DNA of 64,000 nucleotides from NCBI GenBank assembly GCA_964016885.1, contig OZ024741.1, forward strand, positions 303,986,001-304,050,000, given 5' to 3'. This stretch comes from Eledone cirrhosa. Its lineage: Eukaryota. Below are positions 50,590-64,000 of this stretch, piece after piece. The notes under the pieces were generated by a model. The model was not told where the DNA came from and did no database searches. It worked only from the letters and a program-made list of their open reading frames with translations. Numbering within the stretch: position 1 is the stretch's first letter; the number at the start of each line of letters is the position of its first letter. The position numbers were made by a program, and so were the translations under genes.

Positions 50590-51065
50590 TGTAGCGAAAT
50601 CTGTCCACGCCTTGAACCTTGGGTGACACCTAAAGGTCAAACTCTAGGTCACCACCCTTTTGGTGTGAACAAGTTCATGTGTGGGCTATCCCCTCAAGGT
50701 GGGAGACAGAAAGCGACAGGTATATAAAGCCTATATTTTCCCAGCTTACATACAGAGAGATCGGAGCACCACGATACAGACAAGCCATGTGAAAGATTCA
50801 CCGCTACCTTCAGGCCTCACAGGTCTACAGACATACAGAGAGATCGGAGCAGTACGTTATTACAATCTATGTGAAAGATTCACCGCTATCTACAGGCCAC
50901 AGTGGTCCACAGACCACAGTGGTCCACAGACCATTACTTTCTTTCTCTCCTGGTCGCAGACTAAACCAGCCTCAAGAACCAACAACAAAAATAACATTGT
51001 CAACCTTTGCAACTCGTGGTAACTTGTTTATTGTTCTTTTTGACTGAAGTGAAGTCAACCTTTAT
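50590..51065 (+). mobile_element. Possible solo LTR
   Basis: Starts TGTAG after (TA)n, has gtatataaag and internal duplications; no clear CA end. Confidence 0.3.
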
Positions 51066-51294
51066 ATATAAAGTAAATCATTTATTCTTGTTATTACATT
51101 TAACAATCATGTTAATCCCATCTAACAATCTTTTTAATACCCCTTCGTTAAATATATATATATATATATATATATATTTAAAAGATATGCACCCAAACAT
51201 TTCTCTTGGACCCCATCCTTCTCTAGATCTAACCACAACATATTTCTTTCAGAAAAGGAGAAAAGGTAATAGAAAGGAAATATGAAATAGATCT

Positions 51295-51440
51295 AGAGGA
51301 AGAATCGGCCCTACAACTGGATTGGTACATATTTTATCAACCTCTAAAGGATGGAAAGTAAAGTTTGCCTCAGTGGAATTTGAACTAAGAGTGCTGTAAA
51401 CTGGAACGAATACTGTAAAGCATTCTATTCGACATTCTAA
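51295..51440 (-). mobile_element. Diverged SINE (same core; further remnants near 50030, 54130, 61200 and 61510)
   Basis: ttatcaacctctaaaggatggaaagtaaagtt...ggaatttgaactaag. Confidence 0.65.
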
Positions 51441-51964
51441 TGACTTTGACAATTGTCGTTTACACACACATAAACACAATAGGTTTCCTATATCAGTCAC
51501 GTTGCGACAATAAGAAATTTCTTTTCCAATTACAACCATGGGTTCTTACCCTGAGGCTTGTCATAGCGTGGTATCAGGTGATGCCTGCGAGCATGCTTCA
51601 TTATTCCAGCCTCTTAGCCTCGCTACCACCCGCGGCAATAATACAAGTGTGATGGCTCGCATCAAAAGCTGTTAGAGGAAAGCCCCAGCATCCCTTGTTA
51701 TAGTGTGTCATTAAGATCTTACTTCTCCATTTTTTATTTTTAGTAATGTATAAACCTGCATAGACTTATTCACTAAATAAATTGTATCTTATCATAGGTA
51801 CATACATGCTGAACATTGAGGTAATTATATAAATTATTAAAATATCATTTTTATCTTTAATCCCCTCCACGTGTCCATATTCAACATAAACTATAGGGTT
51901 TCTCTTGTGTAAATCTTCAATTTATCAATACAAAAATTTCCCAGAGTGTATGCTTGTTCATATA

Positions 51965-52400
51965 TTCAGTAATCCTGGTATATATGTTATACCAATTCTG
52001 GGCCCCCCAAATTAAATACATTCAATGCTATTGGCATCGTTATTGACAACACAGGTCCCCTAATCCTAGTTTATATGGTATACCAACCCTGGACTCCAAA
52101 AATTAGATACCTTCAATTCTATTGTCGCCATTATTGACGACACTGGTCCACTAGTCCTGGTAAATATGTTATACCAACTCTGGACTCCAAAAAAATGTAA
52201 TAAATTCAACGCTATTGTCATTATCGACAATACAGGTCCCCTAGTCCTGGTATATATGTTATACCAGCTCTGGACTCCAAACATTAGATATATTCAATGC
52301 TATTGCCATCATTATTGACAGTACTGGTCCACTAGTCCTGGCATATATGGTATACCAATCCTGGACTCCAAAAATATAATAAATTCAACGCTAGTCCACT
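51965..52400. repeat. Tandem repeat, about 90-bp unit, about 5 copies
   Basis: Recurring ctagtcctggtatatatgttatacca...ctggactccaaa...ttcaa.gctattg. Confidence 0.8.
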
Positions 52401-52550
52401 AGTTAATCAATAACAGTAATCTTCGGGTTTAATTTTTTTAATTAACTTTTTGTTTTTTCTTCGGTTGTTTGTAGTCCAGATATAGATGATAATCTATGTT
52501 ACACATACACGCAAGTTCTTAGTCATGTATTAGACATAATCCATTAAATT

Positions 52551-52620
<70 letters not shown>

Positions 52621-54585
52621 TATACATACATGCATAAACTCATGCACACATGTACACATGCACAAATACACACACAGGTACATGTAATTGTAATAATCTA
52701 CTAAGATTCCAAACAAGCACATTAGATGCACTATCAACTATCCAACGGGAGAGATAATATATAGTCTCGGGTCCCAAATAATAGGGAGGTGGAATAAGCG
52801 GAGGTTGGAAACACGGTAATTTTTCTATGTTGTTTCCGTTGATTTTTAAAAAAATTAGAATTAGTCGTTTAGTTTACATATTGAGATCCCAACCCATCCT
52901 ATTTATTTTATAACGTATGGGATTTCTATTAATGTACTTTTAATGTATAAAGGTTAAAGAAAATTAATTGTCGCAGGAATGCTACCACTTAAAATAAAAT
53001 TTCGCCGGAGATAGATTAGCAAAATTTAAAAAGCAGAGGGATTGGGAAAAGTCTGAAAAATTAATAAGCGGTGGGGAGGGCGGGAGATTATTCGAGACTC
53101 GGGAGTAGTCGCTCGCTCTGCAAGAGATAGCAGTCAAATGACTCTCAAATCTCTCTTCTTGTGCATTCAACTTGATGAATACGTGTTAGTGGATCTTATG
53201 GCAAGCATTGGCTTCCAATGTGATGATACACACACACATACAAATATTGAATACTTTATTACTGTTATATATATATGTCAGTGGTATATATTATGTAATA
53301 GCAGCGACCTCGTCAGTAGCTATTGTGTAATATTTTGTTCAAAAAGTGATAAGTCCCGGGCGGGTTTTGATGTTGTTCATTCAACACCCCGCTGACATAT
53401 GGATTCAAGACTCTCTAGTTAGCATATCTTGTGAAGGTGTATTCATTCAATCTTATTGGTTGGTTTTTACTCATCTCTTTGATCATTCCATTTTTGGTTA
53501 AAGGTTTATTTGACCTTATAAAGTGGATGTTTTAGAGATGAGGCGTATTGTAGTATGATATTGATTGCTATAGGAAAGTCAAGTTCAGCTTTTGATAAAT
53601 TTGATGGTAGACTATCAAATGAGAAGTTTCCAGATGAGGTGTTTAAGGCAGATCTGTCATATAAAATGAACTTTAAGTTCTTGCCTGGGATCTGCTTTAT
53701 CTGTTGTTGAACACTCACACTTCGTTTTCGAAGGGAAACTCCATTACACACACACACACATATATGTATATAATTTTGCAGATGTATTTTAAAGTAATTC
53801 TACATATGACGTGCTCAGTGCAGCTTAGATTGGAAGGCCCGATTGTCGAATGGTTGACATCTATGAGCTGTTGGGAACTTAGGAGGGTTTGGAAACTGAC
53901 AAGAAACAGTGCTAAACCACAACCAAAAGTCAACGTTGTACGTGGCTAATCGTAAGATAAGGGCTCTTAACTCCTGAAGAAATCGTCAGAGCACCATCCA
54001 GACACGCGGTGTGTCTTGGATATTTTAAACCTGGTTGAGTCCATCCCTTTCCATGTCGGAATATAGCCGATTTTTCCAAAAAGAGATAGGGTGATAAAGA
54101 GAGACAAGGGAAGATCTTGACTGCTTGAAAGTATGAAAGGTTAAGTTCATCTCGGCGCGATTTGAACTCAGTGCTGTGAGCCGGAACAAATATTTTTAAT
54201 CCGACTCTCTATGAAAACGGGATTTATTTTAAGGAAATTTTAAAATTGCACACATCTTGTTGCAGATCACATGACCCTGTTTTTGATACTTACTGAGTCT
54301 GGAGAAGTATTTGTAATGGCTATTTTAATATTCTATAAGTATTTTATGTCTTTTAGCATCATTTACCATGTAAGCGTTTGTTGTAGTATTTGACACAAAA
54401 TGTAAACTTACAGCACGAAATTAAATTTAGAACTACACGTTCTAAATTGTACGTTAACATAATCACTACCACGAAAGTTAAAATTAAATTAAGATGTCCA
54501 ACGATTAGCATAGTCTGGATTTATCTGTTCGTATTGTTAATGATTTATTGATAATGTCATGACCTGACAATGGCCACAAATGTGA

Positions 54586-54618
<33 letters not shown>

Positions 54619-55939
54619 CGCGCGCGCGCACCCGTGTTGTGAATGCATAAATGTATGTGTGTGTGGGGGGGGGGCGTGTTGTGAATGTATGAATACATAA
54701 ATGCATGTGTGTGTGGGCCCGTGTTGTGAATGTATGAATGCGTAAATGTTTGTTAGGCTATGGAGAGACCATAATAAACAAGGCTTTATTTTTCTCACAA
54801 CCCCTAACGAGTTAACATATATACTTTCATTTCCATTAATCTACGCTTGCCATTTGTTTACTACTCCTACTACTCTCGTGGATTAGTTGCTCAACGTTTA
54901 CTCCTACCTCTATTTTAATATTATTTTAAAATTCCTCTGTATTCCTTTTTAATTCTCGATAATTCTAACACACACACATCTCTCTCTCTCTCCCTCTTTC
55001 TCTTTCTCCTTCTCTATCTATTGATCTTTTTCTCCCCATCGCCACCATCACTTTGTTTCCTTCGATTCGGTTCTGTTTCACTTCCTCTTTATAGAAATCA
55101 CATCAACGTTACCAGGTTGTCAGGTGGTTGTTCCGGCAACGTGCAAATATCCCATTCAGTCAACCACTTCAGCTGATTTCCCTACTATTTGTCCGATCGT
55201 CTTTCTTCCTTTTAAAGGTCAGTCATACGCATTCGTCAAGCTTCCAAGTTAGTATTTTTATCCCGGAAAAGCATATTCAAAACGAACAGCAATATAACCA
55301 CAGTTCGTCCAGTTTAATTCTATTTTCTATCTATCACTGTCTAAACATATATATCTTTTCTCGTAGGCTTTCTATATTTTCTGTCTGTATAATATTCACT
55401 TACCGTTAGGTTTTTTGTGTGTGTTTTAAAATCCATCTATCTCTATTTTGACCTGTGAATCCAACCCATTCTATTATGTTTCTATTTATGAGCTAACATA
55501 TATGCTGTTGCACAGGCTGCTAGAAATAGCAGCTAAATTTCCTTCAAAACACACCTTACCATCTTAAATGATTTTCTTTTTGTCATAACAAAAGCTTACT
55601 TGATCATAGGTTTTTGCTTTATCAGGACTTGGGTCTAAACAATAATTGCAGACGCATCAACCTACCTTTTTATTCTATGTATCAATTTTTCTGTCTGGTT
55701 TGACGTATATTTATCACTGTAGCTTTCCGTATCTGACCACTAAACTATTCTAGAATATCTTGTCAGCTTCTTACATGTTTCTGCGCGTGCATATATATAT
55801 ATTCTGGTCTTGACTTATTTTGAATTGGGATTAGATTATTTTCCCATATCTTACGTTAAATATTTACATCTTGACGTAATAGTCACTTATATGTCTGAAT
55901 TACTGTTGGCTTCTTGCTTACATTAATTTCTCTATTTTC

Positions 55940-55976
<37 letters not shown>

Positions 55977-57519
55977 TACATACCTATGTATATTTCTATA
56001 CATGCATGTTTCTCTATATATATATATGTTGCATTATATTTAACAATACACATTTATCAACAAAATACACCACAATTTCGTCCGGTCGATTCAGGCTACG
56101 TATATCACTATATATATATATATATATATAGTGATGCAAGTTGACCAGGAATCTTTAAAATATCTTCCCACCGAAGTTAACATAGAACTTACTAGATCTA
56201 CAAAACCAAATTGTTAAATCATAATATTATAAAATTAAATTGTTTAGAACTACAAATGAAGTCATTTTTTTCCCTTTTTCAAATATATATATAAGTGGGT
56301 GTGTGCACAGACTACATACACACGCTTAATGATATATGTATAGGAATGCATACGCATGATAATATACATATACTTATTTGTGTATGAATTATTCCTAATC
56401 ATATACACCTACATATAACCTATCGATTATATATGTCTACGAATTTGACCGCAGAAATACGCTCATTGTTATACAGAAAATTGTACAGTATATCGAAAAT
56501 TCACACATATCTGTAACATCCCGATTTCGATTCATGCTTTCTTAGTGTCCTGAAATATCTCACAAAGAAAATGAATTTACATCTTAAGGTGTAAAATAAA
56601 TGACATAATTTGACACGGGACTGACAAAGTGATTCACCTGTGATTGTTTGTGACTTGTTAATAATGATCATTTTAACGTGCAGTTGACCCCTGCTTGTGT
56701 AGTTCTAAATCTTATTTTGAGCAATAAGTTTAGATTTTTATGACAAATACGACATGCGATTAGTAATTGGTGGTTAAAAGACATATAACTTTCATGAAAT
56801 GTTTAAAATAGCCATGACAAATATTTCTCTAGACTCAGAAAATATCAAATATACCACCACCAGCCTCGAAAATGTGTGCAATTCTAGATTTTTTTTTTAA
56901 AATAAGCCCTGGATGTTACCAGGTCAGCCTTAATTGAGCAAACCTATCATTAAACAATGCATCTAGGAATTGTATTCTTTAATATGCCCCCCCCCCCTCT
57001 CTTTTAGTTTCGTTTTTATTTATCTTTTTAAGACGGAAGGTTGAAAGTTAAGAGAAATTTAGATGTTATTTTACAGGTCTAACAACCGCCAAGAGGCTTC
57101 CTGCGTAGTTCATGTTGTTTAACTCCAAGTCAGACACAGATCGGGCAAACCTATGATCGAAGACTTTCCATCGGTGACCATCCCGTCATTTTCTATATTA
57201 CATTGTCCAACGTGTCTGCGGTTTTTTTTTTTTTACAGTGCAAGCAATGTGACTGTTATTTCTAGCGAACACGTAGACGCCCTTAATTAGCTTGTTTTTT
57301 GCACCTTTGATTAACAAAAACGAACGAACGAGGGAGCTCCTATGTGGTCGTTCAACTTGCTAGAAATGGCAGCCAAATTTACCTCAAATCCTACATATCC
57401 TCACCGCATTTAAAGAGAGAGGTCACATTGGATAATGTACATATAGGCGATTCTTTGTTTTTGTTGTTTTGCGCTTCACTTTCACTGAAGATTGATAAAA
57501 GTAAAAGTGACGTGTTAAA

Positions 57520-58290
57520 CTCAATCGCTTAACTCAAACACTAAACTGAAGCAGTATATTCAAACACTAAACTCAAGTGCTAATAAACCCAGGGGCTAAT
57601 CTCAAACGCTAAACCCAAGCATTAAACTGAAACAATAAACTCAAGTGCTAAACTCGAGTACTACAGTCAAACATTAAACTTAAGTGCTAAACCCAAATCA
57701 AAACTCAAATGCAAATTCAAACCCTATACTCAAGCTCTAAACTCAGGGGCTAAATCCAAATACTAAACATAACTGCTAAACTTGGGCACTAAACTCAAGC
57801 TCAAAACCCAAACACTAAACACAAATACTAAACTCAAGACTAAAACACAAACACTAAACTCAAATGCTAAACTCAAGCCTGAAACACAAACACTAAACTC
57901 AAATGCTAAACTCAAGCCGGGGGCATAAACACTAAACTCAAATGCTAAACTTAATCCTGAAACACAAACATTAAGTTCAAGCCCAAAACACAAACACTAA
58001 ACTCAAGCCTGAAACACAAACACTAAGCTCAAGCCCAAAAACAAAAACTAAACTCAAGCCCAAAACCCAAAGACTAAACTCAAATGCTAAACTCAAGCCC
58101 AAAACCCAAACACTAAACTCAAGCCTGAAACACAAACACTAAGCTCAAGCCCAAAACACAAACACTAAACTCAAGCCTTAAACTCAAGCGATAAACTAAA
58201 ACACTAAAATCCAATACTCAAACCAAATGCTAAACTTGAGCCTTAAACTTATGTACTATACTCAAGCACTAAACTCAACTCTAAACTTAA
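57520..58290. repeat. Degenerate A/C-rich minisatellite (actaaactcaagc-type)
   Basis: Direct inspection. Confidence 0.85.
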
Positions 58291-58451
58291 AACATCAAAG
58301 ATAAGACAAGATGGTTTTGGCTGAAATCCCTTTGATCGTAGATCTCCTCAACCAGAGTTGACTTAGGTTTAATCATACAATCTTACACAGAGGGCCAGTT
58401 CCTAAATCAATTTCTTTCTTTTATACTGGCTTACATTGATATATACACAGG

Positions 58452-58490
<39 letters not shown>

Positions 58491-58499
58491 GTTATAACA

Positions 58500-59825
58500 C
58501 AGCTGATTAGGGGCAGGGTAAATATGTGAAATGCAGTTTGGACTTGTACCAGGTATAAGCACCACAGATGCTCTCTTTTTTGTGAAGCAGCTACTGGAGA
58601 AGTACCTAGCTAAAAGTAAGCTGCTCTACCTGGCATTTATTGATTTGGAGAAAGCTTTTGACAGAGTCTCCCATGCCATAATCTGATGAGCTCTTAGAAA
58701 ACTCTGTGTGGTTTGTGAAGGCTGTACAAAACATGTATGGGGGAGCAGTCAGCAAAGTTAAGATTAACAATGAATATAGCAAGGAATTTAGTGTGCAGGT
58801 TGGCATCCACCAGGACTCTGTTCTTAGCTCTCTCCTGTTTATTATTGTCCTGCAGGTTATAACAGAAGTTTAAGATTGGCTGTCCATGGGAACTCCTGTA
58901 CACGGATGATCTTACACTTATAACTGAGTCTAAGGCGGAACGAGAGAAGAAATTTCAAACCTGGAAACATGGCCTAGAAAGAAAGGGTCTTAAAGTCAAC
59001 CAGACAAAGAAAACGGTCCTAGTAAATAGAAGGGAAAACAGGGCCCTTCTTCCCTTGGAGAAATGGCCTTGCTCAGTGTATAGGAAAGGTGTAGGTAGAA
59101 ATTCCATCCTCTTTCCCAAATGCAGACTATCGGTACACAAGAGATGAAATGAGATCTCAACTAGTTTAGCTAAGAATGTAGGTTTTACATGTAGCCATTG
59201 CACAGGAGCAGTAAGCAGCAAACAACCACAGGATACAAACATTATTGAAATCTGAGATGGTTCGGTAGAAGTAGTAGATAGCTTTTGCTACCTGGGTAAC
59301 GAAATTAGCAGTGGAGGTGGGTGTTCTGAAAGTACAGTAGCCAGAGTGAGAACGTGATGGAAGAAGTTCAGGGAGCTACTACCACTGCTAGCTACAAAAG
59401 GCTTTTCCCTCAAAATGAAAAGCGTATAATGTGTGCATACAAACAGCAATGTTGTATGGTAGTGAGACCTGGGTGTCATGTACAGAAGACTTGGAAAGAT
59501 TGGAAAAAAATGATGCTTGCATGCTCCAATGGATATACATGAACGGCAAAGCATAAACGAACAGAGAGAAACTAAGCATAAGAGGAATCAGATACAGTGT
59601 GGAGGAGAGGAGATTGCATTGTTATGGACATGTGATGTGTATGAAGGATGACAGCTGTATAAAAAAGTGTAGAGTGCTCAAAGTTGATAGAAGCCTTGGA
59701 GTGAGGAGACCCAGGAAAACTTGGAATGAGGTGATAAAAGCTGACCTTGCTCAATTGCACCTCTCATACGCGATGACACAAGACCAAGATCTCTGGCATT
59801 ATGCAGTAATATAGAAGACCCACCT
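58500..59825 (+). pseudogene. RTE LINE RT region and 3' end, decayed
   Basis: FIDLEKAFDRV, G.HQ.SVLSSLLF, LLYTDDL, CYLG, RRLHCYGHV, RRPRKTW. Confidence 0.9.
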
Positions 59826-60324
59826 TCCCATGGGCACAGGCTGAAGCTGACGCATACATATAGTACTAAATTCAAGACTATCCTCACCTCCGCCCTACCT
59901 CATTCTTCCATACATATCCCAAGAGGGCAAGCTGAAGCATACATCTAGTGAAGCCTCCAGCCCACACTGTAAAGGGGTCATGTAGGTGTCATGACACAAA
60001 GCACCCAGCCCACACTGTAAGGTGGTTGTGTAGGTGTCATGACAAAAAGCACTTAGCCCACACTGTAGTCATGTAGCACCCAGTACTCACTGGAAATGTG
60101 GTTGGCGTTAGGAAAAGCATTCAGCTGTAGAAACCAAGTCAAAATCAGTTCTGTATGAGCAAGACATGGTCACCTGACCTGGCATTTCTCACAACAGGAC
60201 AACTCGTCTAACCCATGCTAGCATGGAAAAATGGACATTAAATGATGATGATTTGAAATGTTGTTAAGACAGGGTTACTTTTACGGTTATGGATGGATTG
60301 GTTTCATATGTTTATTCCAAGGCA

Positions 60325-61180
60325 CACTTCACCAACATGGGAGTACTCCCAAGAGTTCTTGCTTTGTAGATCTTGAAAAGGCATATGATTGTGTTCCACG
60401 GGACCTGATGTGGAAGTTATGCAGGAGTTTGGAATTGATGGTCAGCTTCTTGTTACCCTGATGTCTCTATAAGAATGCCAGAGTATTTGTGTTTGGATAA
60501 ATGGTGCTAAATCAAAACCATTCAATGTGGGAATTGGACTCTGCCAAGGGTGCATACTGTCACCTCTCCTGTTCATTATTTTCACGAACAGAATTGACAT
60601 TGAATTTGCAGACAACATGGTATTACTTAACTCATCAGATGGTGAACTCCGACATGTACTTGATGGGTTTCATGCCAAGTGCTGCATGGTTGGAAGGAAA
60701 ATCAGTGTAGCAAAGACTGAGATACTCATCCTCTCAAGGAAGCCTGTGCAGTGCACTCTGTATATGAATGGAGTTCCACTGAAGCAGGTGGAGAAGTTCA
60801 AGTATCTTGGGGTCGTCTTCATGGATGTTGGAAGGCAAGAGCCTGAATTAAGTGTAAGAATTGCTGAAGCTGGTGCTGTAATGTGCCAGCTTCAATATTC
60901 GGTAATCAGAAGAAGGGAGTTAGGTGTAAAAGCTAAACTCACTATCTTTAATTCGGTATTCATGCCAACCCTTACCTATGGTCATGAATCTTGGGTAATG
61001 ACCAAAAGAGTATGATCATGAGTACATGCACCCGAAATGGGGTTCCTCGGAAGAGTCTTTGGAGTAATGTTACTCAACAAACTGCATAGCTCAGATATCA
61101 GAGAGTCGCTCCAGCTAGAGCCGCTACTTCTCCAATTTGAGAGATCAAAGCTCCGATATTATGGGCATGTGGTTAGATAT
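60325..61180 (+). pseudogene. RTE LINE RT fragment
   Basis: FVDLEKAYD, GLCQGCILSPLLF, VEKFKYLG, PTLTYGHESW, LRYYGHV. Confidence 0.9.
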
Positions 61181-61729
61181 CCACCAGTTCACTGCCCAAT
61201 AATTGGTACTTTATTTATCAGCCCCAAAAGGATGAAAGGCAAAGTTGACCTTGACAGGATTTGAACTTCTTTGCCCTCTTATTCTTCATGTGAAGAAAAG
61301 AATTGATTTGTGAATATTCCTCTATTTCTTTTATTTATTCAAAGTGGCACATTTGCCGAGTGGTTAGGGTGTTGGATTAAAAGTACCTTGGAATTTGTTC
61401 AAACCCCACAGGGGTCAAATTTAGTTTTCAAATGTACTTCTTGGGTAGATAAGGAGTCATTAGGAGTATTGGATTAAAAATGCCTTTGTATTCGTTTGGC
61501 TGACTGCGATCTGAATTCAAATCTTACCGAGGTCAACTTTGCCTTTCATCTTTTCGAGGTTGATAAACAAAGTACCAGGTCATTATTTTTTCTCTGCCCT
61601 TCTCTGAAGGAAATCGGTTTCGTTCCAATCTGAATAGGTTCAAAATGTCCAATATACACCCACTTTAAGGACAGTGCCGCTACAACTTCATCAGGAGTTA
61701 AGCACCCTTTACCTTATTTTACTTTTTAT

Positions 61730-61945
61730 TTCTTCTTCTTCACCCACTTATTCTTGAGAGGGTTGTTGGGAAAGATTCCTTACATACTCTTTCCAACGGG
61801 TCCTGTCAGAAGCAGCCGTCTCCAAGCATGACCAGACGAGCTCATGGATGTTATCCAACCATCTTACTCAGGGTCTACCCCTGGGTCTCCTGCCAGTTGG
61901 TTTTGCCTGCAAAATCTGTTCAGCTATTCTTTCTTGAGACATTCT
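61730..61945 (-). mobile_element. RTE LINE 3' end with short (GAA)4 tail
   Basis: Homologous to 23366-23590. Confidence 0.75.
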
Positions 61946-62529
61946 CACCACATATCCATAGTTTCAGAGCTGTGATCTTTCAATTTGTTGAAGTAGTGGC
62001 TCAAAATACTAGACACATACCGAGACAGTAGTGGATTGGTTTGGGTTCCTGTCAAAGGGAGAGAAAAGAGGAAGAGGAAAGAACAGAGAGAGGGGTTGAA
62101 CAAGAGTGAAGAAAAACATGAAAGAAAAAAGAAAAGGAGAGGAAAAGCAAAAGCAAAGTAGAAAAAAAGAGATAGAACAGGATGATAGAAAACAACAGAA
62201 GAGTGAGAGATAAATGATGCCTGCCACTCTCCTTGTCCCTCACTGAATTGGGTTTTTTTTCTTTTTTTTTCACCCCGTTCAACATCTGTGTCCTTTTTCT
62301 CTCTCTCTGCTCTCCTCACTCACAAGAATTTCACCAATCAGCTACCCCAATCTCTTCATTATCCAGTCTTTAATGAGGAATCACTAGGACACCAGGGTAA
62401 CTCCAGAGAAACAGGTCATTGAATCTGCCTTAATTATATATATATATATGTCATCATTATCATTATCATCATCATCATCATCCTCATTCAACAATGATGA
62501 TATATATATCATCATCATCCTTATTGTTT

Positions 62530-64000
62530 TTACATTCATTATTCCACACTTGCATGGGTTGGATGGGTCCTTTTCAGCACAGCCTCTCTCTACTCACCAC
62601 GTTTTTTTCTTCTTAATCTCCTCTGTGAGTCTCAGCAATTTGAGGTCAGCTCTCACCACCTCTGCCCAGGTCTTTCTTGGTCTCCTACTGCGACTTCCTT
62701 CCACTGGCATTTCCTGGCACTTCTTCACCCATCGCTCATCATCCATGCACATCACATGTCCGTACCAACGTAGTCTGCTCTCCTGCACTCCACTTCAGAT
62801 TCCTCTTAAACCCAGTTTCTTTCTCAGTTCATCCAAGCTCTGCTTTTCTCACATTTACCTTGCACATCCAATGAAGTGTGGCTGCTTCATCTCTCTCCAG
62901 TCTACGCATGTCTTCTGCAGACACTGCACATGTTTCATTACTATGCAGCATTGTACTTCACACAGACATCCTTTTGTTGTCAATTGGGAGTAGCTTTCTA
63001 AACTTCTTCCATCTTATCCTTATTCTAGCTATTATACTCTCAGAGCACCCTCTGCTGCTAATAAAGTTACCTAGATAGCAGAAGCTATCAACCACTTCTG
63101 TAGACCCTTCCTGTGACTTGAAGAGGTCTATATCACTGACACTTTTCCTCAATTACTCCTGTGCATCTTCTACATACAAAGTCTTCCTTTCCTGTTAGTC
63201 TACCCATTATCCCACTACATCTCTTGTGTACCTGAGATTCACATTGTGTACACCATATGGAGTTTATGCCTACTCCTTTTCTACATATTGAGCAGTACCA
63301 CTTCCCTGAAGGGATCAGCGTCCTATCTTCTTTCCTATTCAGTAGCACTTTGATTCCAAATTGTGTTTCCATAGACAGAACTTATTTTCCAGCTCTTTTA
63401 TGGATTCAGCTATAAGGACCAAATCATCTACATAGAGAAGTTTCCATGGACAGCCAATTTTAAACTCCTCTGTTATTTCCTGGAGGACTATGATGAACAT
63501 CAGTGAGCTAAGAACTGAACCTTGATGAGCTCCTACTTGTACCTTGAATTCTTCACTAAACTCACTTCCTACTCTCACTTTACATACTGCTCCTCTGTAC
63601 ATGGCTTTCACAGCTCTCCCAAGCCATTCTTCTGCTCCTAATTTCCTAAAGGACCACCAGATAATGGATTGAGGTACTCTGTCAAATGCCTTTTCTAGAT
63701 CAACAGTAGCTAAATACAGTGGCATGAAACTTCTGTAATTGCTTCACTAAGAAGAGGGCATCTGTAATACTTTTCCCATGCATGAAACCAAACTGCATCT
63801 CATCTAATTTGACTCTTTCCCTAATTAGCTGTGCTATGACTCTTTCTGTTACTTTCATAACTTAATCCATTAATGTTATTCCTCTGTAGTTGCTCCTTTC
63901 TAGTACATCACCTTTTCCCTTATAGCAATTTATGATTATACTGCTGCACCAGTCATTGGGTATGACTCTGTCATGTATTACCTGATTTATTATACGGGTT
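62530..64000 (-). pseudogene. RTE LINE RT region and 3' end, decayed; same family as 58500-59825 in opposite orientation
   Basis: VDLEKAFDRVP, GAHQGSVLSSL, LLYVDDL, CSIC..CTQC..H..C insertion, RLRWYGHV. Confidence 0.9.

Noticed and set aside
52700-57500. Host gene exons in the less repetitive stretch
   Set aside because: No ORF with recognisable protein features; mostly old repeat remnants. Small exons cannot be excluded without RNA data.

Overview
Repeat-saturated eukaryotic DNA with no recognisable host-gene exon. The SINE core and the (TA)n/(CA)n/(CATA)n load suggest a cephalopod, probably octopod, genome (inference). The main feature is a very young, intact Penelope-like retroelement (PLE) at about 2870-11751, inserted in (TA)n. 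It consists of a full minus-strand copy (5' pseudo-LTR, ORF1, RT/GIY-YIG ORF2, 3' pseudo-LTR) joined head-to-head to a 5'-truncated plus-strand copy, giving a palindrome with 3969-bp arms. Unusually for an endonuclease-containing PLE it has two ORFs: a coiled-coil/basic ORF1 overlaps the RT frame by 94 nt, with an in-phase U_UUU_UUA slippery heptamer, which suggests gag-pol-like -1 ribosomal frameshifting. Each pseudo-LTR carries CCAAT/TATA motifs and a minimal hammerhead ribozyme. About a dozen further hammerhead motifs of different sequence occur across the window, mostly in short fold-back elements embedded in (TA)n. Other content: a 3.8-kb two-variant 22-bp satellite that expanded inside a dispersed repeat, a decayed Ty3/Gypsy element, an R4/Dong-like RLE LINE fragment, many RTE LINE fragments, older PLE fragments, a mariner pseudogene, MITEs and tRNA-derived SINEs. 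All calls were made by eye, without database searches.
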